Shown here: positions 62,101 to 64,000 of the stretch, one piece after another
Layout: every line of letters begins with the position of its first letter
Numbering within the stretch: position 1 is the first letter of the stretch
Assembly: GCA_043228905.1 (NCBI GenBank)
Contig: JBHGNT010000015.1
Span: forward strand, 6,758,001-6,822,000
Direction: 5' to 3'
Length of the DNA: 64,000 nt
From: Azolla caroliniana
Taxonomy: Eukaryota > Plantae > Polypodiophyta
The notes under the pieces: model-generated
The model's database searches: none
The model's input: the letters and a program-made list of their open reading frames with translations, nothing else
What the model was told of the DNA's origin: nothing
Translations under genes and position numbers: made by a program

Positions 62101-64000
62101 GATCTCATTTCAGCTAAGCGGGCCGAATGAGGTGTTCGGCCGAGATGACCACCCAGATGATGAGATGGTGAATAGTGGAGACTCGGTCGTGATGTCCCTG
62201 TGTAAAGAACCGAGGAGATGGTTTACGTGCACGGAGAAGGGGGAAGAAGAAGACGCCAGAATACGATTTCGGTAGTGCCGAGTCAGTTCGAAGCGAATCT
62301 GACCTCGAACCAGTCGAGAAGGAACCTCCACAAAAGAGGTCGAAATCGACCGAAAAGGTCATGAAATCGGGTAATCACGAATTACACCGATCCACCCGCC
62401 AGAAGAACCCCGTAAAGAGATACGGGTATAATGAGTACATGGCGCACCATTACGCGTACATGACGCGAGTGGCGGAAGTGCGTGAGCCGGAGAGCTAAGC
62501 AGAAGCGGCGAAGGACACAAATTGGCGTGCCACAATGGAGGAAGAGATGCGCGCCTTAATGCAGAACGAGACATGGGACTTGGTTGATGCACCGAAGGGT
62601 GTGAAGATGATCGGTTGCCGGTGGGTGTATAAAGTGAAACACAACACGGACGGCTCCATCAACTGCTACAAGGCCCGGTTAGTAGCAAAAGGCTACGCGC
62701 AGAAGCACGACGTGGACTATGACGAGACCTTCGCGCCTGTCGCGAAGATGACGACCGTCCATGTTTTGCTCGCGGTAGTAGCAGCAAAGGGGTGGCACTT
62801 ACATCAAATGGATGTAAAGAACGCGTTCCTGCAAGGTGATCTTGAGGAACATGTGTACATGGTACAACCCCCCGGATTTCTATCCAAACAAAACACCTCT
62901 GCAGTTTGCCGATTGAAGAGATCCTTGTATGGACTAATGCAAGCCCCGCGAGCTTGGAACGTAAAGATTACGCAACACTTGCGTAGGATGGGGTTTGCGT
63001 CGTCGAAATCAGACTCTTCTCTATTTGTTCGGCAAGGACAATATGGATTGGTCAGCCTACTCTTGTACGTTGATGATTTAGTCATCGCCAACGTCAACCT
63101 TGACGAAATCCGCCACGTGAAGTCTCAGCTTGCGGCATCGTTTGAAATGAAGGATCTCGGAGACCTTCATTACTTCCTCGGGATCGAAGTGATCCGTACC
63201 CCCGAAGGCATATTGATAAACTAAAGTCATTACGCGCTGAATGTGCTCTTCAAGTTCGGAATGGCAAACTGTAAGCCCATCTCGACCCCTCTGGATAGAA
63301 ACGTGAAGCTTCGCCCAGCTTCGGGCGAGGCGTGCGATCCAACACTGTTTCGACAGATTATCGGGAGCCTTATCTATTTGACGATTACTCGGCCGGATCT
63401 TAGCTACCCTGTCAGCTTAATCAGTCAATTCATGTTGCAACCTACGGCCGAACACTTTCAATGCGCGCAACGGATACTGCATTATGTTAGCGGCACGAAA
63501 GATATGGCGTTATTTTATCGGGCAGGCGTAGCCGAACAGTTAGTCGGCTACACAGATGCCGATTGGGCCGGAAACACCAGTGATCGTAAATCCACATCTG
63601 GATACACATTCTCATTAGGAAGTGCGGTGATCGCGTGGAGCAGCAAAAAGCAGCCGACAGTAGCACTATCGAGCATGGAGGCTGAATATCGAGGGGCAAC
63701 TGTCGCTACATGCGAAGTCATTTGGATAAAACGGCTATTACGGGATCTGCATGTAGAGGTGTCTGATTCGATGACGATCTATTGTGACAACCTCAGTAGT
63801 CTCCACCTTGCAAAGAACCCCGTCTTTCACGCCCGAACCAAGCACATTGAGGTGCATTACCATTTTGTCCGCGAGCGGGTCCTTTCAGGAGAAGGCGAAC
63901 TAGTGCATGTTTCGACTGATCGGAAGATTGCCGACATCTTCATAAAGCCTCTTGGTGTCGAAAGGTTGCGGCATTTCTCGGGTGCGCTTGGGTTGCATCA
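59200..64000 (+). mobile_element. Ty1/copia related to group B, runs off the window end
   Basis: LTR 59200-59620, PBS 59621-59632, gag CCHC (CWYCGKKGHKESEC), PR (WYVDSGSSNHM), INT, RT (QMDVKNAFLQG, LYVDDL) and RNase H (DADW, TKHIEVHYH). Confidence 0.95.

Overview
This is eukaryotic plant genomic DNA, most likely from a non-seed plant such as a fern or lycophyte (inferred from the transposon families, not proven). It holds one intact-looking host gene, a 9-exon minus-strand M48 metallopeptidase of the PGM48 type (36909-51604), whose two large introns carry antisense LINEs. Most of the rest is nested, decayed transposons: two Ty1/copia groups (including an LTR-int-LTR-int-LTR tandem and a solo LTR with TSD), chromoviral Ty3/gypsy elements, and L1 and RTEX-like LINEs. 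Two DNA transposons stand out. One is a 15.9-kb hAT-bounded element (17-bp TIRs, 8-bp TSD) carrying an intron-containing CBSCBSPB1 gene fragment. The other is a Sola-like transposase gene paired head-to-head with a spliced ParB/Srx-like gene. The chromovirus LTRs also show a self-priming PBS and an antisense tRNA-like (A-box/B-box) module. All family assignments come from manual motif recognition; no searches were run.
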